Shown: in pieces, positions 36,423 through 46,288 of the stretch
How the letters are laid out: the number at the start of each line of letters is the position of its first letter
Position numbering within the stretch: the first letter of the stretch is position 1
Notes under the pieces: model-generated
The model's input: only the letters and a program-made list of their open reading frames with translations
Databases searched by the model: none
Told to the model about the DNA's origin: nothing
Program-made: the position numbers and the translations under genes
IMG/VR virus record: IMGVR_UViG_3300030376_004391
Location: 1-49,391 of that record
Direction: 5' to 3' (one strand)
Source: a virus
Taxonomy: Duplodnaviria; Caudoviricetes
Length of the DNA stretch: 49,391 nt

Positions 36423-36992
36423 CTATCTGTTGGTCGTTCCTTGACGAGCCACAACGAACTCATCAACTGGCAATGTCATCGCTTCACCGAATCCATCAAG
36501 ATTGACTTTGACGTATCCGTTCTCGTAACACTCAACGACGTATCCTTGATCCTTCCGTGTTCCTTTGCATCGCTTGAGTTGGACATACACGTTGGTCCCA
36601 GACTTCAGGATCCGTTGTCCTTCTCGGCGGATCTCTTTGACCGGCTCGCCGATGTCACTGTCATCAATCACGATGACTTCTTCTTCCTGCTGACTCCATT
36701 GAAGACAACCATCAATCCATTCGTCTTGAATTGATTTGAACTCTGGACTGAACCGATGATGACCAAGCACATCATTCAATCGTTGAGTCGCTTTGCTCTC
36801 GCCCATGGTCGCCTTCTGCTGATGCCAAGTCTCCAAGGCTGTGAGCAGTCGGTCAATGAGGTCAAGCGATGACGTTGCTTTCCATGGCACGAGGTTCGGA
36901 TCAGTGATTCCGAGATCGCTCATGATCTGGTCGTAGCCTTCGCAGTAGATCCTTTGCCTGATCTGTTCTGTTGGTACTTTGATTAATTTCAT
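36423..36992 (-). CDS. Hypothetical protein
   Basis: Leader ACCACCAAGACCGCAAGGAGGTCAAAATG, same class as repeat R4. Confidence 0.75.
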   Translation of the reverse strand: MKLIKVPTEQIRQRIYCEGYDQIMSDLGITDPNLVPWKATSSLDLIDRLLTALETWHQQKATMGESKATQRLNDVLGHHRFSPEFKSIQDEWIDGCLQWSQQEEEVIVIDDSDIGEPVKEIRREGQRILKSGTNVYVQLKRCKGTRKDQGYVVECYENGYVKVNLDGFGEAMTLPVDEFVVARQGTTNR

Positions 36993-37023
36993 TTTGACCT
37001 CCTTGCGGTCTTGGTGGTGTCGC

Positions 37024-37212
37024 CTAAGCGAGTTTCTTTTGAATGCTGGTGAATGTGTTTAGTTGCCGAGCGAATAGTCCTTTGGGATTGTGCCTTCTGT
37101 TCTGCTTCGCTTTGGTGATGTTCCTCTCGTAGTATGCGATCCTCCCATCAACACATTTGGAGAGTGCTTCAAACTCTTTCTGTGTGAGTGTGATTGTGAT
37201 TTCTGTTTCCAT
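37024..37212 (-). CDS. Small hypothetical protein
   Basis: AGGAG RBS, starts ATGGAAACA. Confidence 0.7.
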   Translation of the reverse strand: METEITITLTQKEFEALSKCVDGRIAYYERNITKAKQNRRHNPKGLFARQLNTFTSIQKKLA

Positions 37213-37340
37213 ATTGAACTCCTGTTCGTCTAGGTGGTATTACCTAGTTTACACTACTGACATGAGTTTGCAAATCGTAATTTTTGGAGATGGACAAAAC
37301 CGCTGGTCAGAAAAAAAGCCAAAACGCTGTGACCAGCACT
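37213..37340 (-). promoter_or_regulatory. Variant cassette promoter C8
   Basis: TTGCAA..TAAACT; perfect dyad TAGGT-N6-ACCTA 37231-37246; inverted TGACCAGC boxes 37302-37309 and 37330-37337. Confidence 0.7.
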
Positions 37341-37365
37341 TTAAGAAATTTTGAAATTTCTTTTT

Positions 37366-37716
37366 CTAATTTGCCGATGAACGCTGAATCAGACCAAGTT
37401 TTTCTGACTCTCCAACGTTGTCATGGATCCATCGGTGACACAATCGGCACAGCGCCACCGAGTTCTCAACGCTGGTGATTGATCCGCCAGCAGAGCGCAG
37501 AATCGGTTCGTGGATTTCTGTTGAGAGTCGTTGGCATTTGGGATCGTGTCCGGCTCTCATGATCTTCGGACCAGCCTCGCAGAACTGACGGACCGATAAC
37601 TGATCCGCAACAAACGTTCGGCGTTTCCGGTTCAGTGATGCCTGCTTCTTTGAGACAGGATTCAATCTGCCTCCACGCTTCAGGGGAGTCTTACGCTTAA
37701 GAGGAGTTCGCTTCAT
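37366..37716 (-). CDS. HNH endonuclease-like protein
   Basis: C...C....HE...RSAGGS....N...LCRLCHRWIH. Confidence 0.8.
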   Translation of the reverse strand: MKRTPLKRKTPLKRGGRLNPVSKKQASLNRKRRTFVADQLSVRQFCEAGPKIMRAGHDPKCQRLSTEIHEPILRSAGGSITSVENSVALCRLCHRWIHDNVGESEKLGLIQRSSAN

Positions 37717-37805
37717 TCTTGGTCAATGCTTTCCCTGCTGGGTGTCGTTGTCTTGCCTTCCACTCCCACATATCAATCACGTTTGATTCAGTGTCGGCGT
37801 TGCGT

Positions 37806-38057
37806 TCATCTGTCTGTGAGTTCATACCAGTCTGTCCATATTTCTTTCGGGTGTCTCCCCAGATTAGTCGCTAACCGGTCAGCGACGATCCATGATATTT
37901 CATTTCTGTATTTCAAACGCTTGTAATATCCGATAGAGATTCCCAACGCCAAGGATCGGCGTTCGTTGTCTTGTCCCCAGATGCCGTCTGGGACAGTGCT
38001 GTCCAGATACTCCTGCAATGGAGCAGTCGGAACCCAGTAACAGTTTCTAGGCATCAT
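37806..38057 (-). CDS. Small HTH-like DNA-binding protein
   Basis: ADRLATNLGRHPKEIW. Confidence 0.6.
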   Translation of the reverse strand: MMPRNCYWVPTAPLQEYLDSTVPDGIWGQDNERRSLALGISIGYYKRLKYRNEISWIVADRLATNLGRHPKEIWTDWYELTDR

Positions 38058-38269
38058 CGGCTCCGGCGATTGTGGATCACATTGTGAACCGTCTGTGGAT
38101 CAAGTTCGCATTCCTTGGCGATCTCTCTCTGGCTGACTCCGCTCTGGAAAAGTTCACGGAAAAGTTCACGGCGTTGGCTCGCCATGTCGCTCCGGATCTC
38201 AAGTTGCTTCGCCATGCCCTGCGTCAAGTCTTTCGCTTTCTTCATCATGGTTTCTGTTTGTTCAGTCAT
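38054..38269 (-). CDS. HTH DNA-binding protein
   Basis: GVSQREIAKECELDPQTVHNVI. Confidence 0.8.
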   Translation of the reverse strand: MTEQTETMMKKAKDLTQGMAKQLEIRSDMASQRRELFRELFQSGVSQREIAKECELDPQTVHNVIHNRRSR

Positions 38270-38271
38270 TT

Positions 38272-38607
38272 CTATCCTCCTAAGGATCGGACATTTGCAC
38301 AGATGGTTCTCAGTGCGTCCATTTGGTTTCGTATCGCAATCAACGATTGTTGAGTTGCTTTCTCTTTTGCTTCAGCGATCTTCCAAGCGTGGAACGCCTC
38401 CGCTGAGTGTACTTGAGCCAGCGCTTCTCTCGTGGCGACTGTTCCTTCACTCTGGAGAAGCGTCGTGGCGTACAACTTTTTGTATGTCGCTTCGTTGACC
38501 GCTCGTTCGGTTGCGACAGTGGCATAGTATTCCACTTCTTTGTCCAGCCGGTCGGCGAGGAGTATCAATCGTTCCTCAACGTCGCTTTGAATGATCGGTC
38601 CGTTCAT
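38272..38607 (-). CDS. Helical hypothetical protein
   Basis: Operonic overlap, RBS. Confidence 0.7.
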   Translation of the reverse strand: MNGPIIQSDVEERLILLADRLDKEVEYYATVATERAVNEATYKKLYATTLLQSEGTVATREALAQVHSAEAFHAWKIAEAKEKATQQSLIAIRNQMDALRTICANVRSLGG

Positions 38608-39356
38608 GTCTCTCCATACAGAGGCAACACTGGCTCGGCGAATCTACGCACAGCAATCTCACACGCTTCCTCTTTGAGATCAGATCCAATGAATCTACGG
38701 AAATGATTACACGCCGAAACTCCGGTTGATCCAGAACCCATAAATGGATCAAAAACTAGATCTCCGATATTTGAATGAACTTGAACAAAAGGATTCAATA
38801 TCTTCAATGGCTTTTGATTGGGGTACTTCACTCTCTCTGAATCTGAATTGCTGAATGTGTAATCCCAAACACTCCCAACGCTCTTGTCCGATGGATAGCC
38901 TTTTGATTCAGCAACTCTGTCCGTTCTTGGAACATGCTCCTCGTTGAAAATTCCTGATGTTTCATTTTCTGTGAACGTCAAAATGTGATTGTGCTTATTC
39001 GCCCACCATGAAGTTCTCGGATTGCCTAATCCAAAAGACCAAATGATTTCACCACGAAGAACCAAACCAAATTTGGTGAGTCTCGCTACCAATGAATAAG
39101 CCAAACGATAGTCGCATATCACAGCGAGAGTGGTATCTGCTCCAAACCAATTTTCGCACACTGTTTCTATCTTGACTGAAACTTCTTCTGCTGATTCTTT
39201 GTCCTCGTAACTTTCACCACCGAGACGGCTTTGGATTTTTCCTGTCGCATACGGCGGATCAGTCAAAATGAGTTTTGGTTTTTGATTCGTTGGTTTAATG
39301 TTCACACAGTCGCCGTGATAGATCGTTGCAGAGTCATCTTCATAAAAGGGTTTCAT
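38604..39356 (-). CDS. DNA N4-cytosine/N6-adenine methyltransferase (beta class)
   Basis: TDPPY before DPFMGSGST; YPNQKP. Confidence 0.9.
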   Translation of the reverse strand: MKPFYEDDSATIYHGDCVNIKPTNQKPKLILTDPPYATGKIQSRLGGESYEDKESAEEVSVKIETVCENWFGADTTLAVICDYRLAYSLVARLTKFGLVLRGEIIWSFGLGNPRTSWWANKHNHILTFTENETSGIFNEEHVPRTDRVAESKGYPSDKSVGSVWDYTFSNSDSERVKYPNQKPLKILNPFVQVHSNIGDLVFDPFMGSGSTGVSACNHFRRFIGSDLKEEACEIAVRRFAEPVLPLYGET

Positions 39357-39730
39357 GTCTCCTCCTTGAAAGATGCCACGACAATCCTCAGTCCATCTTT
39401 GTCGCCGAACTCTGGAGCGTGAAAAGATATCCGGCGGACATGGCATGGATCATCGTCAGGAATTATTCCAGCATCAACCAGTCCATCAATTCCGGCTTTG
39501 ACCGCTGGGTAACATGAAGCCACATCTGGAATGGAAACTTTGCGAGCCAGTAGAGGAGTCGCTGAGATTGTGATGCAGTCCTGCTTCGGGATCTTCGCTT
39601 CCAGAGCGAGCCATGCGAAACGCTCACGAGTTTCTTTCACGATCCTTGCTCTCTTGTGGTAGTGCCATCGGCGTTCGGCGTTGGCGGTCCATGGGCGTTC
39701 GTTGTCCTCAATGATCCATTCTTCTGTCAT
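39353..39730 (-). CDS. RusA-like Holliday junction resolvase
   Basis: D......VKAGIDGLVDAGIIPDDD. Confidence 0.8.
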   Translation of the reverse strand: MTEEWIIEDNERPWTANAERRWHYHKRARIVKETRERFAWLALEAKIPKQDCITISATPLLARKVSIPDVASCYPAVKAGIDGLVDAGIIPDDDPCHVRRISFHAPEFGDKDGLRIVVASFKEET

Positions 39731-40032
39731 TCTTCAACAGCCTTTAGTTTCGGAAAATGCTCAACTTGCTCTAGATGAAGTTTTCTACTGCTCAAACCAT
39801 TCCACGTTACTTCTTCTATTAAAAAATCGTTGACAATCAAATCTCGTGCATCGGTTAACGGTATTTCTAAATCTTTTGAAAGCGCATCTGCGATGTTGTA
39901 TTCAACATTGATTTTCAGTTTGATTTTTCTACTAACAAACCCCAAGTTCAAGTCGCCTTTGATTTCTAACCAGTGCCGATTATTGCCTTTGTAGTAGAAC
40001 GGATCCATTTCGGGTTTTGATAAATCTGTCAT
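39727..40032 (-). CDS. AT-rich hypothetical protein, probably leaderless
   Basis: TATAAT 6 nt before ATG 40032. Confidence 0.65.
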   Translation of the reverse strand: MTDLSKPEMDPFYYKGNNRHWLEIKGDLNLGFVSRKIKLKINVEYNIADALSKDLEIPLTDARDLIVNDFLIEEVTWNGLSSRKLHLEQVEHFPKLKAVEE

Positions 40033-40083
40033 GTTTTGATTATAGGCGGACACCTAACTGAGACTGGTGGCGAAACACCAAAA

Positions 40084-40204
40084 ACAATGTTTTGTGTTTT
40101 TTGGCGCTCTTTTCATGAAGAAATTTATGGGGTCTGACCTGCGGTTTTGTTGATTTCTTTGTAGAACTTGCATGAAACTAGGTATTTATGCCTATTATGT
40201 ACTC
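40084..40204 (+). promoter_or_regulatory. Cassette promoter C5 (near-identical to C2)
   Basis: TTGCAT-19-TATTAT, dyad 40179-40194, CTGACCTGC 40134. Confidence 0.85.
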
Positions 40205-40477
40205 ATGGAAACAACACAAGGAGAAACCAAAATGACAAACATATACACATGCACATGTAACGTTGATAGTTCAAGAATAAAAATTGATTACGCTAAATTC
40301 ACAATAGATGCTCCATGGGAAGAACTTTGTGATTATTGTGCAAATGGTCTTGATGAGGTATTTGCACAAGTAGGACAAATGGAAGCCGAAGCAGTAGGTA
40401 GCGCTGTCCAAGGTGGTTTAAGTGTAAGCGATGCCAAACTTTATGTAGCGCAAGAACGACCAGTTGAAGATCTATAA
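40205..40477 (+). CDS. Cassette 5 small Cys-containing protein
   Basis: METTQGETKM leader; CTC..CDYC. Confidence 0.75.
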   Translation: METTQGETKMTNIYTCTCNVDSSRIKIDYAKFTIDAPWEELCDYCANGLDEVFAQVGQMEAEAVGSAVQGGLSVSDAKLYVAQERPVEDL

Positions 40478-40499
40478 GGCGAAGGACTGAGGAAGTGAG

Positions 40500-40532
40500 A
40501 GTCCCGACTTCGGTCGGGGCTTTCTGCTTTTT
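40500..40532 (+). terminator. Intrinsic terminator T3
   Basis: AGTCCCGAC-TTCG-GTCGGGGCT-TTCTGCTTTTT. Confidence 0.85.
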
Positions 40533-41154
40533 ACAAACAACCGAAGTCCCAGTGTTGCCAACCTCCGCCGGTCGCTTCATACATGAGCCAAGCGCTGACC
40601 CAAATGTTCGCCTCTCCGTTCGTGGCTGGCTCGCCTCTGAACGCTCCTGACAAAGCGACTCTGGCACGAGCGTCCCAGAACTGCGGAAGATGTTGGAGCA
40701 GTCCAGTCGCTCCGGAACTTGGATTCACAGCGTCCTCAATTCCTCCGCTCTCGCATTGGATCAAAGCGAGGAAGCGGTCCAGTTCGTGAAGTTTGTTGTA
40801 ATGTGTCAGAGCCAGCGTCGCCGTGTTTCTCCAGACCTCAACGCTGTCTCTGAATGTCCTTGGCGATGAACGCCAGACAGGGAGATGATCGGAAGCAACG
40901 ATGTCGCTGTATTTCATCAGCGTTGAACTGTGCCGGTTGAAAGTTTCCGGACCGTACACGCCATCGGGTTCCGCTCCGATTATGTACTGGAGCCACCGAA
41001 CAGAATCTGATTGTTCGCCGAACTGGTAGTCGTCTTGGATTGCGTATCTGGTGATCTGGTCCCAGACGTGTCCAGAAAATACTTCAGCCTGCGCCGAGTT
41101 CACGGACATCAGCAGAATGATCGCTGATATGAATGTCGCTATTGCTTTTTTCAT
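40531..41154 (-). CDS. Secreted lytic transglycosylase (SLT-like)
   Basis: Signal peptide MKKAIA..AQA; IQCESGG..AVNPSSGATGLLQ; PDGVYGPET. Confidence 0.8.
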   Translation of the reverse strand: MKKAIATFISAIILLMSVNSAQAEVFSGHVWDQITRYAIQDDYQFGEQSDSVRWLQYIIGAEPDGVYGPETFNRHSSTLMKYSDIVASDHLPVWRSSPRTFRDSVEVWRNTATLALTHYNKLHELDRFLALIQCESGGIEDAVNPSSGATGLLQHLPQFWDARARVALSGAFRGEPATNGEANIWVSAWLMYEATGGGWQHWDFGCL

Positions 41155-41608
41155 TGTTTCCTCCCAACAATATGTTCCGGCGTTCACCGGTCGCTGTTCT
41201 TTGGTATGCGTTCTTGAATCTTGCTTCCACCGCTCCGATGGAAGTCGCATCGCAGACACGTTGATATCCGCCGAGCGCTTTCAGTGCTTCAGGGATCGCT
41301 TCATTGGACCATTCTGTTTCTCGGTTGCGTCCTTCTCTCTGGATCTTAGTCATGACTTCTTCCCATGCTTCGTCCCACGCTTGAGGCAAAGCGATCTTCT
41401 CGTCAAGCCTCATCGTGACCTCACGGATCTCCGCCACGGTCGGGAAGAACTTTGATGTCTTGATGATTTCATCACAGGCTCTGGCGAGAACCTCCGGCGA
41501 TAGATCAGCCATGGCGTTCAGATAGATCCGGATTGTTGGCTTCGGTAACTCTTTCCCAAACCCAGCCGTCAGGATCGCTAGTGCTGACGCTGATGCTTCT
41601 GATGACAT
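41084..41608 (-). CDS. Helicase loader-like replication protein
   Basis: KFFPTVAEIRE motif, downstream of initiator. Confidence 0.65.
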   Translation of the reverse strand: MSSEASASALAILTAGFGKELPKPTIRIYLNAMADLSPEVLARACDEIIKTSKFFPTVAEIREVTMRLDEKIALPQAWDEAWEEVMTKIQREGRNRETEWSNEAIPEALKALGGYQRVCDATSIGAVEARFKNAYQRTATGERRNILLGGNNEKSNSDIHISDHSADVRELGAG

Positions 41609-41716
41609 GTTGTTCCTTCCATGGCTAAATGTGCCTCTAAATGGCTCTCAGAGGGCTTAGAATCCATTCTAGCGCCTCCTCTAAGCCTTCTCGTGGCGCT
41701 TTCAAGTCGTAGAGCC

Positions 41717-42529
41717 TCACAGACGCTCCTGAAGGATTTCGTTGATCGCTCCCCAAGATGGACCGGATTCGGTCGGCGCTCCTTCTTGAGCCATGTCTCG
41801 GAAGTACTCAATCTTTGAAGCGTCTCTCAGGAGCAGACCGAGATCGTTGTAGACCTTGTTTTGATCGTTGCGCCCTGAATGCCATGGAGAGTTCCGCCAA
41901 CCAACGACAGCCATCAACACATCTTGCTCCGAGTAATCCTTCAACGCATTCTCAATGAGGCGTTTGCGTTTGCTGTCTAACTTGGTTCTGTTCGGATTTT
42001 TCTTTGCTACCTCACACCAAGTTGAGAAAATTCTGTCCACGACTTCCTTCTGGTTAAGTTCCTTTTTAATAGTTAAAGGGGTGACAGATTGACCGCCCTC
42101 AAGGGTGACAATTTGACCGCCCTCGTGGGTGTCACTCTGACCGCCCTCTAGGGTGACAGTTTTGTCGCCCTCCCCGACAGGAATGTCCTCCTCCCAGACA
42201 GGAGCGTGGAGACAATAAAGATCCGAAGTCTGGCGACCGCTGTCAGTGATCCGTGGCGTGACCGTTATCAGCCCAGCCGAGATCAGTTCCTGCTTCGCTC
42301 TCTGGAGAGTCCTGCGACTCGTTCCCTCCGGCATCATCTCCTCCAGTCGGCGGTTAGATGGAAAGCATTCATGTTGAGCATTGGCAAACGATGCCAGCGC
42401 CAGCCACAACCTCAACGCCGTTCCTGATAGTGCTTTGCCTTCAGCGTTAGTCGCTCCGATCATTGCTGTCGGAACAATAACTAGTTTGTGCCCTTCCCAG
42501 TGTCTCACTGTTGAACTATTCTTGACCAT
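41717..42529 (-). CDS. Replication initiator (N-terminal HTH, internal iterons)
   Basis: CFPSNRRL...RRTLQRA..EL..AGLI; four 24-bp repeats. Confidence 0.8.
   Translation of the reverse strand: MVKNSSTVRHWEGHKLVIVPTAMIGATNAEGKALSGTALRLWLALASFANAQHECFPSNRRLEEMMPEGTSRRTLQRAKQELISAGLITVTPRITDSGRQTSDLYCLHAPVWEEDIPVGEGDKTVTLEGGQSDTHEGGQIVTLEGGQSVTPLTIKKELNQKEVVDRIFSTWCEVAKKNPNRTKLDSKRKRLIENALKDYSEQDVLMAVVGWRNSPWHSGRNDQNKVYNDLGLLLRDASKIEYFRDMAQEGAPTESGPSWGAINEILQERL
42079..42174. repeat. Four 24-bp iterons, probable replication origin
   Basis: GGGTG(A/T)CA..GCCCTC units at 42079, 42103, 42127, 42151 next to an AT-rich tract. Confidence 0.8.
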
Positions 42530-42571
42530 GTGATTCTCCTCTTGTAGATCATGAAAAAGTTTCCCCTGATT

Positions 42572-42608
42572 AACCGGTCACTTGATCGCTTCAGTCAAGT
42601 GACCGGTT
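42572..42608. promoter_or_regulatory. Perfect 14-bp inverted repeat upstream of the initiator
   Basis: AACCGGTCACTTGA-N9-TCAAGTGACCGGTT. Confidence 0.6.
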
Positions 42609-42620
42609 GGGGATTTTAGA

Positions 42621-43667
42621 TTATCTCAGGGAATGATATTCCGCTACACCTTGACGGAACGATTGATCTCGGAGACTCTTGTGAGCGATCTGTGTCCACG
42701 TTCCTGACACGGCGTTCAACTGTGTGAGCAATGTGCGCTCCGCCAGTCCTCGCTCGCTGGTCTTTGGTCGTGGAGTCCACTGATCCATTTCGTTGAGAGC
42801 GTTGATCCAACCCCAGCCAGTTTCTCGGATTCCATCAAGTGTTTCCGAAGTCAACCAGTGACGGATCACATCATCCTGACGTTCTTCACGGATTCGGATT
42901 GCTTTGTCGCTCAATTCTTTCCATTCCCCACTTGGATTCTTCATCTCACCGCCGAATCGTTTGCCTTTGAGTCCGGCGACTTTATGGAGTGGAATGATTT
43001 TGTTGACCAGATATTTGGCATCTTTGAGATTGATCTTCATGTCCAGAAGTCTCTCAATTTCTTCGTCAAGTTTCTCAGCATACGCCACAGCGATTCCCAG
43101 AGCCTCTCGTGCTTCCTCAAAACGTTGATCCATATGTTTGGAGTGCTTCAGAACGAACGATGATTTGGCTCCCCTCATCATCAACTGGACGGCGTTGTTG
43201 CAAACAGGTCGGAGCGGAGTGTTTGCGAACCGGAGTCCAGAACTCATATCAAACGAGTTCATGATCGCTAGGTTCGCTTCAAACTCGCCTGACTTGGGCT
43301 TGAATGGTAACGCTCCAACGAGCCAGCCGACAGCGCCCTTCCTCATCGTTCCTCCGGCGAGCGGAGACCAGCCGGTCCCGACGAGCGCCTCAAGGAGCGG
43401 TATTGCGTCACGATGCTGGAGAACGTGGTATCTGTTGCCAACGAAACCGAGAGGCTCCATGGTGTCTATCCTGTATGTGACTCTTTTATTCGGGAACGGA
43501 ACTGAGATTGCTTCATACTGGTTTACTGGAAGATCCACGATCGCATCAGTGATCCCGACTGTGTAGTCAAGACCACTGGCAACCATGGCTTCATTGATCG
43601 TTGTTCCTTCTGGCAACCGTGTCCCGATCTTGGACCACGGCGCTGTTCTTTCTTCTGCTAATTTCAT
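42621..43667 (-). CDS. DUF932-family protein
   Basis: LGFVGNRY..LQH, NSFD.S, TP.RPVCNN, KHSK. Confidence 0.8.
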   Translation of the reverse strand: MKLAEERTAPWSKIGTRLPEGTTINEAMVASGLDYTVGITDAIVDLPVNQYEAISVPFPNKRVTYRIDTMEPLGFVGNRYHVLQHRDAIPLLEALVGTGWSPLAGGTMRKGAVGWLVGALPFKPKSGEFEANLAIMNSFDMSSGLRFANTPLRPVCNNAVQLMMRGAKSSFVLKHSKHMDQRFEEAREALGIAVAYAEKLDEEIERLLDMKINLKDAKYLVNKIIPLHKVAGLKGKRFGGEMKNPSGEWKELSDKAIRIREERQDDVIRHWLTSETLDGIRETGWGWINALNEMDQWTPRPKTSERGLAERTLLTQLNAVSGTWTQIAHKSLRDQSFRQGVAEYHSLR

Positions 43668-44497
43668 TTGAACATCTCCTCTTGTTCTTGGGCGACTTCA
43701 TCGCCTTCAGTTTGTTCTTTGAAGTCTTGCTTCATTTCTGCCATCGTTGTCGCTTGACGAATCAGAACTTGCAGTTCTTCATCAGTGACTTCCTTCGGCA
43801 TGTCATCGGCGTTGGAGCGATCTCCCCAGATCTCAACGGCGAGGTCTTTGTCTCCATTACATGCTTCCAGAAGTTTGGTCTTTGCTTCAGCGAACGTGTG
43901 CCACATGATCTCTGGAGCGAAGGGATCAATCTCTTTGACTTCAGAGACTTCAATCTCAATCACTTCACCTTCCGGATCAGTGTCCGCTCCGATCTCCTCC
44001 GGAACGTATCCGGCTCCGAGAACAACGTCACTGAAAAGGTATCGGCAGAGTTTACTGACTGCTCTCCATGTCAGCATGGCGTTCTGATACTGCTTCCAGT
44101 TTCGCTTCCCTGCGAGTCCTGCTGACTCAGCATCAGCGACGCTGAATCTTGACTCATACACGTCTCCGGTGTCGTGGCGTTTGCCGATGGCAACGACCGC
44201 ATCTGGTTCCTCTCGGAAGTCAACGGAATGTCCATGGAGTCGGACAAGTCCCAGCATTGCTTCCGGTCGGAGCGACGCTGAACCTTCTATGACGTGATAG
44301 TTCCGCATTGAGGTCATCACGTCCCAGTTGAACGCACGCCCAGCGAGTCCTGAAGCGATGATGTCCGCTGACTTGCCACGGTACGCTTTCGGAACGATGG
44401 AACTTTTTGCGAGAACTTCCGCCTGCTTTACGACCAGTTCAAAGTGAGCCTGCTCACTCATCATTGGAGCGCCTTCTTGTTTCACGATCTCGCTCAT
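43664..44497 (-). CDS. RecT-like single-strand annealing protein
   Basis: LAKSSIVPKAYRGK...HVIEG...AGL....W..Y...ML..RA. Confidence 0.7.
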   Translation of the reverse strand: MSEIVKQEGAPMMSEQAHFELVVKQAEVLAKSSIVPKAYRGKSADIIASGLAGRAFNWDVMTSMRNYHVIEGSASLRPEAMLGLVRLHGHSVDFREEPDAVVAIGKRHDTGDVYESRFSVADAESAGLAGKRNWKQYQNAMLTWRAVSKLCRYLFSDVVLGAGYVPEEIGADTDPEGEVIEIEVSEVKEIDPFAPEIMWHTFAEAKTKLLEACNGDKDLAVEIWGDRSNADDMPKEVTDEELQVLIRQATTMAEMKQDFKEQTEGDEVAQEQEEMFK

Positions 44498-45051
44498 AGT
44501 GAACCGCCTTGAGTGATCTTGACCGTGGTGTCCCATCCCTTCACACAGAACTCGTCATCGTCAATTCCGATTGCTTTCAGTTCGGTCCAGCGTGGTTCCA
44601 TTCGGAAACATTTGTTGTACAACCGGTTCCGGCTTTCGTGAATGTCAACCAGTTCACCGGTGTCAGTGTTGACTCTGTGTTTGTTCTCGTTGGCGATCTT
44701 GTTGACTGCCATGACGAGCGCTTCACGATCAACGTCTTTGCGAGTTGATTTGTTCACTTGTTCAACGCTGACTTGAACGCCGGTCGGTAATGCTACAACC
44801 GCCATTTTGTTTCCGTCAGATTTCATTTTCTCTCCGACTGATTTCTGGATCAACCCATTTATGTATCGGAGATGCTTCATGCTATTCGTTAAAGAATGAC
44901 TTGTTGCAATCTTTACCTCTGGTGAAACTTCTTGCTTCTCAATTTCGTTGGTGATTGTCTGAGTTGCATCTTCAATCTGTCGGATCGCTTTGAGGACTGC
45001 ACCGTCAATGGTGATGTCATCTTGTTGGATCTCTTTGGTTTCTGATTCCAT
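44494..45051 (-). CDS. Hypothetical protein
   Basis: RBS before ATG 45051; overlap with the next gene. Confidence 0.7.
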   Translation of the reverse strand: MESETKEIQQDDITIDGAVLKAIRQIEDATQTITNEIEKQEVSPEVKIATSHSLTNSMKHLRYINGLIQKSVGEKMKSDGNKMAVVALPTGVQVSVEQVNKSTRKDVDREALVMAVNKIANENKHRVNTDTGELVDIHESRNRLYNKCFRMEPRWTELKAIGIDDDEFCVKGWDTTVKITQGGSL

Positions 45052-45143
45052 CAGATTCCTTCCTGTTTCATTTCTTGTGCCAGACTTTGGCACGACTCCC
45101 AGACTAAAACATGGCTGTGACATTCCTGTGGCGATTTCACCGA

Positions 45144-45266
45144 TTTCAATGTTTTGTGTTTTTTTAGCGTTACTTTTCAAAGAAATTTAGGTGGTCTGAC
45201 CTGCGGTTTTGTAGATTCTTTTTTTATGAGTTGCAAATGTAGGTATATGGACCTATCTTGAAAGAC
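45144..45266 (+). promoter_or_regulatory. Cassette promoter C6
   Basis: CTGACCTGC 45196, TTGCAA-17-TATCTT, dyad 45240-45255. Confidence 0.85.
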
Positions 45267-45788
45267 ATGGAAACAACGATCAACAAGGAGATCAACATGG
45301 AATACCAAGTCAAATTTGTAAAACAAGGAAACCAAGGATTCGTCTTTGAGTTTACCAACAAAGCAACAGGCGAATCATTTGAGGTTGCTCACACTTCACT
45401 CTCATGGTTGAGTGAGGACAAGACCAAGTTCGCAGACTTTATCCAAGCCAACCCAGACGTAATCTTTGACATCGTTCCAGCCGGAGACAAATACGATGAT
45501 GGCGTGGATCATTGCAGAAGGCTCATCAATGGCGCAAGGCTAGAACTTAAGATCCGAGCATATGATCTTGAGCCATGCGAACGAGTACGAGCCAAGGAAA
45601 TCATCAAAGCAGATCGTGAAGAAATGCTCATTGAACTCAAGTGGAAATACCAAAGAAGAAGCCACTACGCAATGGACAACCCAGTATCAACCACAGAGTT
45701 GAAAAAATGGGTCATGGACTGGACACACAGCATGAACAACGATCACTCACTAAAACTAGCCCTACAAGAAGCAGGCGAACTGTTCTAA
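45267..45788 (+). CDS. Cassette 6 hypothetical protein
   Basis: METTINKEINM leader. Confidence 0.8.
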   Translation: METTINKEINMEYQVKFVKQGNQGFVFEFTNKATGESFEVAHTSLSWLSEDKTKFADFIQANPDVIFDIVPAGDKYDDGVDHCRRLINGARLELKIRAYDLEPCERVRAKEIIKADREEMLIELKWKYQRRSHYAMDNPVSTTELKKWVMDWTHSMNNDHSLKLALQEAGELF

Positions 45789-45794
45789 CCAAAA

Positions 45795-45889
45795 GGACTG
45801 AGAGGTAACGCCTCCACCGAGTTCATGACTCGGCAGTTCACGACCGGACAATCCGGCAAACAAAACCACCAAGACCACAGGAGGTCAAC
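45795..45889 (+). repeat. Structured intergenic repeat R4
   Basis: GGACTG..CAGTTC; CCGAG-TTCATGA-CTCGG; ACCACCAAGACCACAGGAGGTCAAC. Confidence 0.9.
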
Positions 45890-46288
45890 ATGAAAGCATC
45901 AACCACTAATCGGAAAGTAGAGTACTCAATCAACGGCAGAGTTCTTGAATATCGGACTGTTGAGGAAGAAGCACAAGCAGTCCAAGAGGAGCGGAACAAT
46001 GTTGTTCGCTCAGACAGGCTCCGGCTTCAGAATTATGAAAACAGGATCCGTTACGTTGGAAGGAAAGACGACGACAAGGGACTCATTCAGATAGCGAATG
46101 CGATTGACAGCGCTATCCATTGGGAGTCATTTCCAAAAGGTTACACAGCGGATCAAGTTGCTGTCGCTCAGGAACTCCACATTGCTTCCAGAGGAACAGA
46201 CATCAACAACTTCATTGAGTCAGCCACGGACGAACTTCTCAAGGTCATGGTCCTCAAAGATATTGAAGAACTAAGGAGATCAAAATGA
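45890..46288 (+). CDS. Hypothetical protein
   Basis: RBS from R4. Confidence 0.8.
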   Translation: MKASTTNRKVEYSINGRVLEYRTVEEEAQAVQEERNNVVRSDRLRLQNYENRIRYVGRKDDDKGLIQIANAIDSAIHWESFPKGYTADQVAVAQELHIASRGTDINNFIESATDELLKVMVLKDIEELRRSK

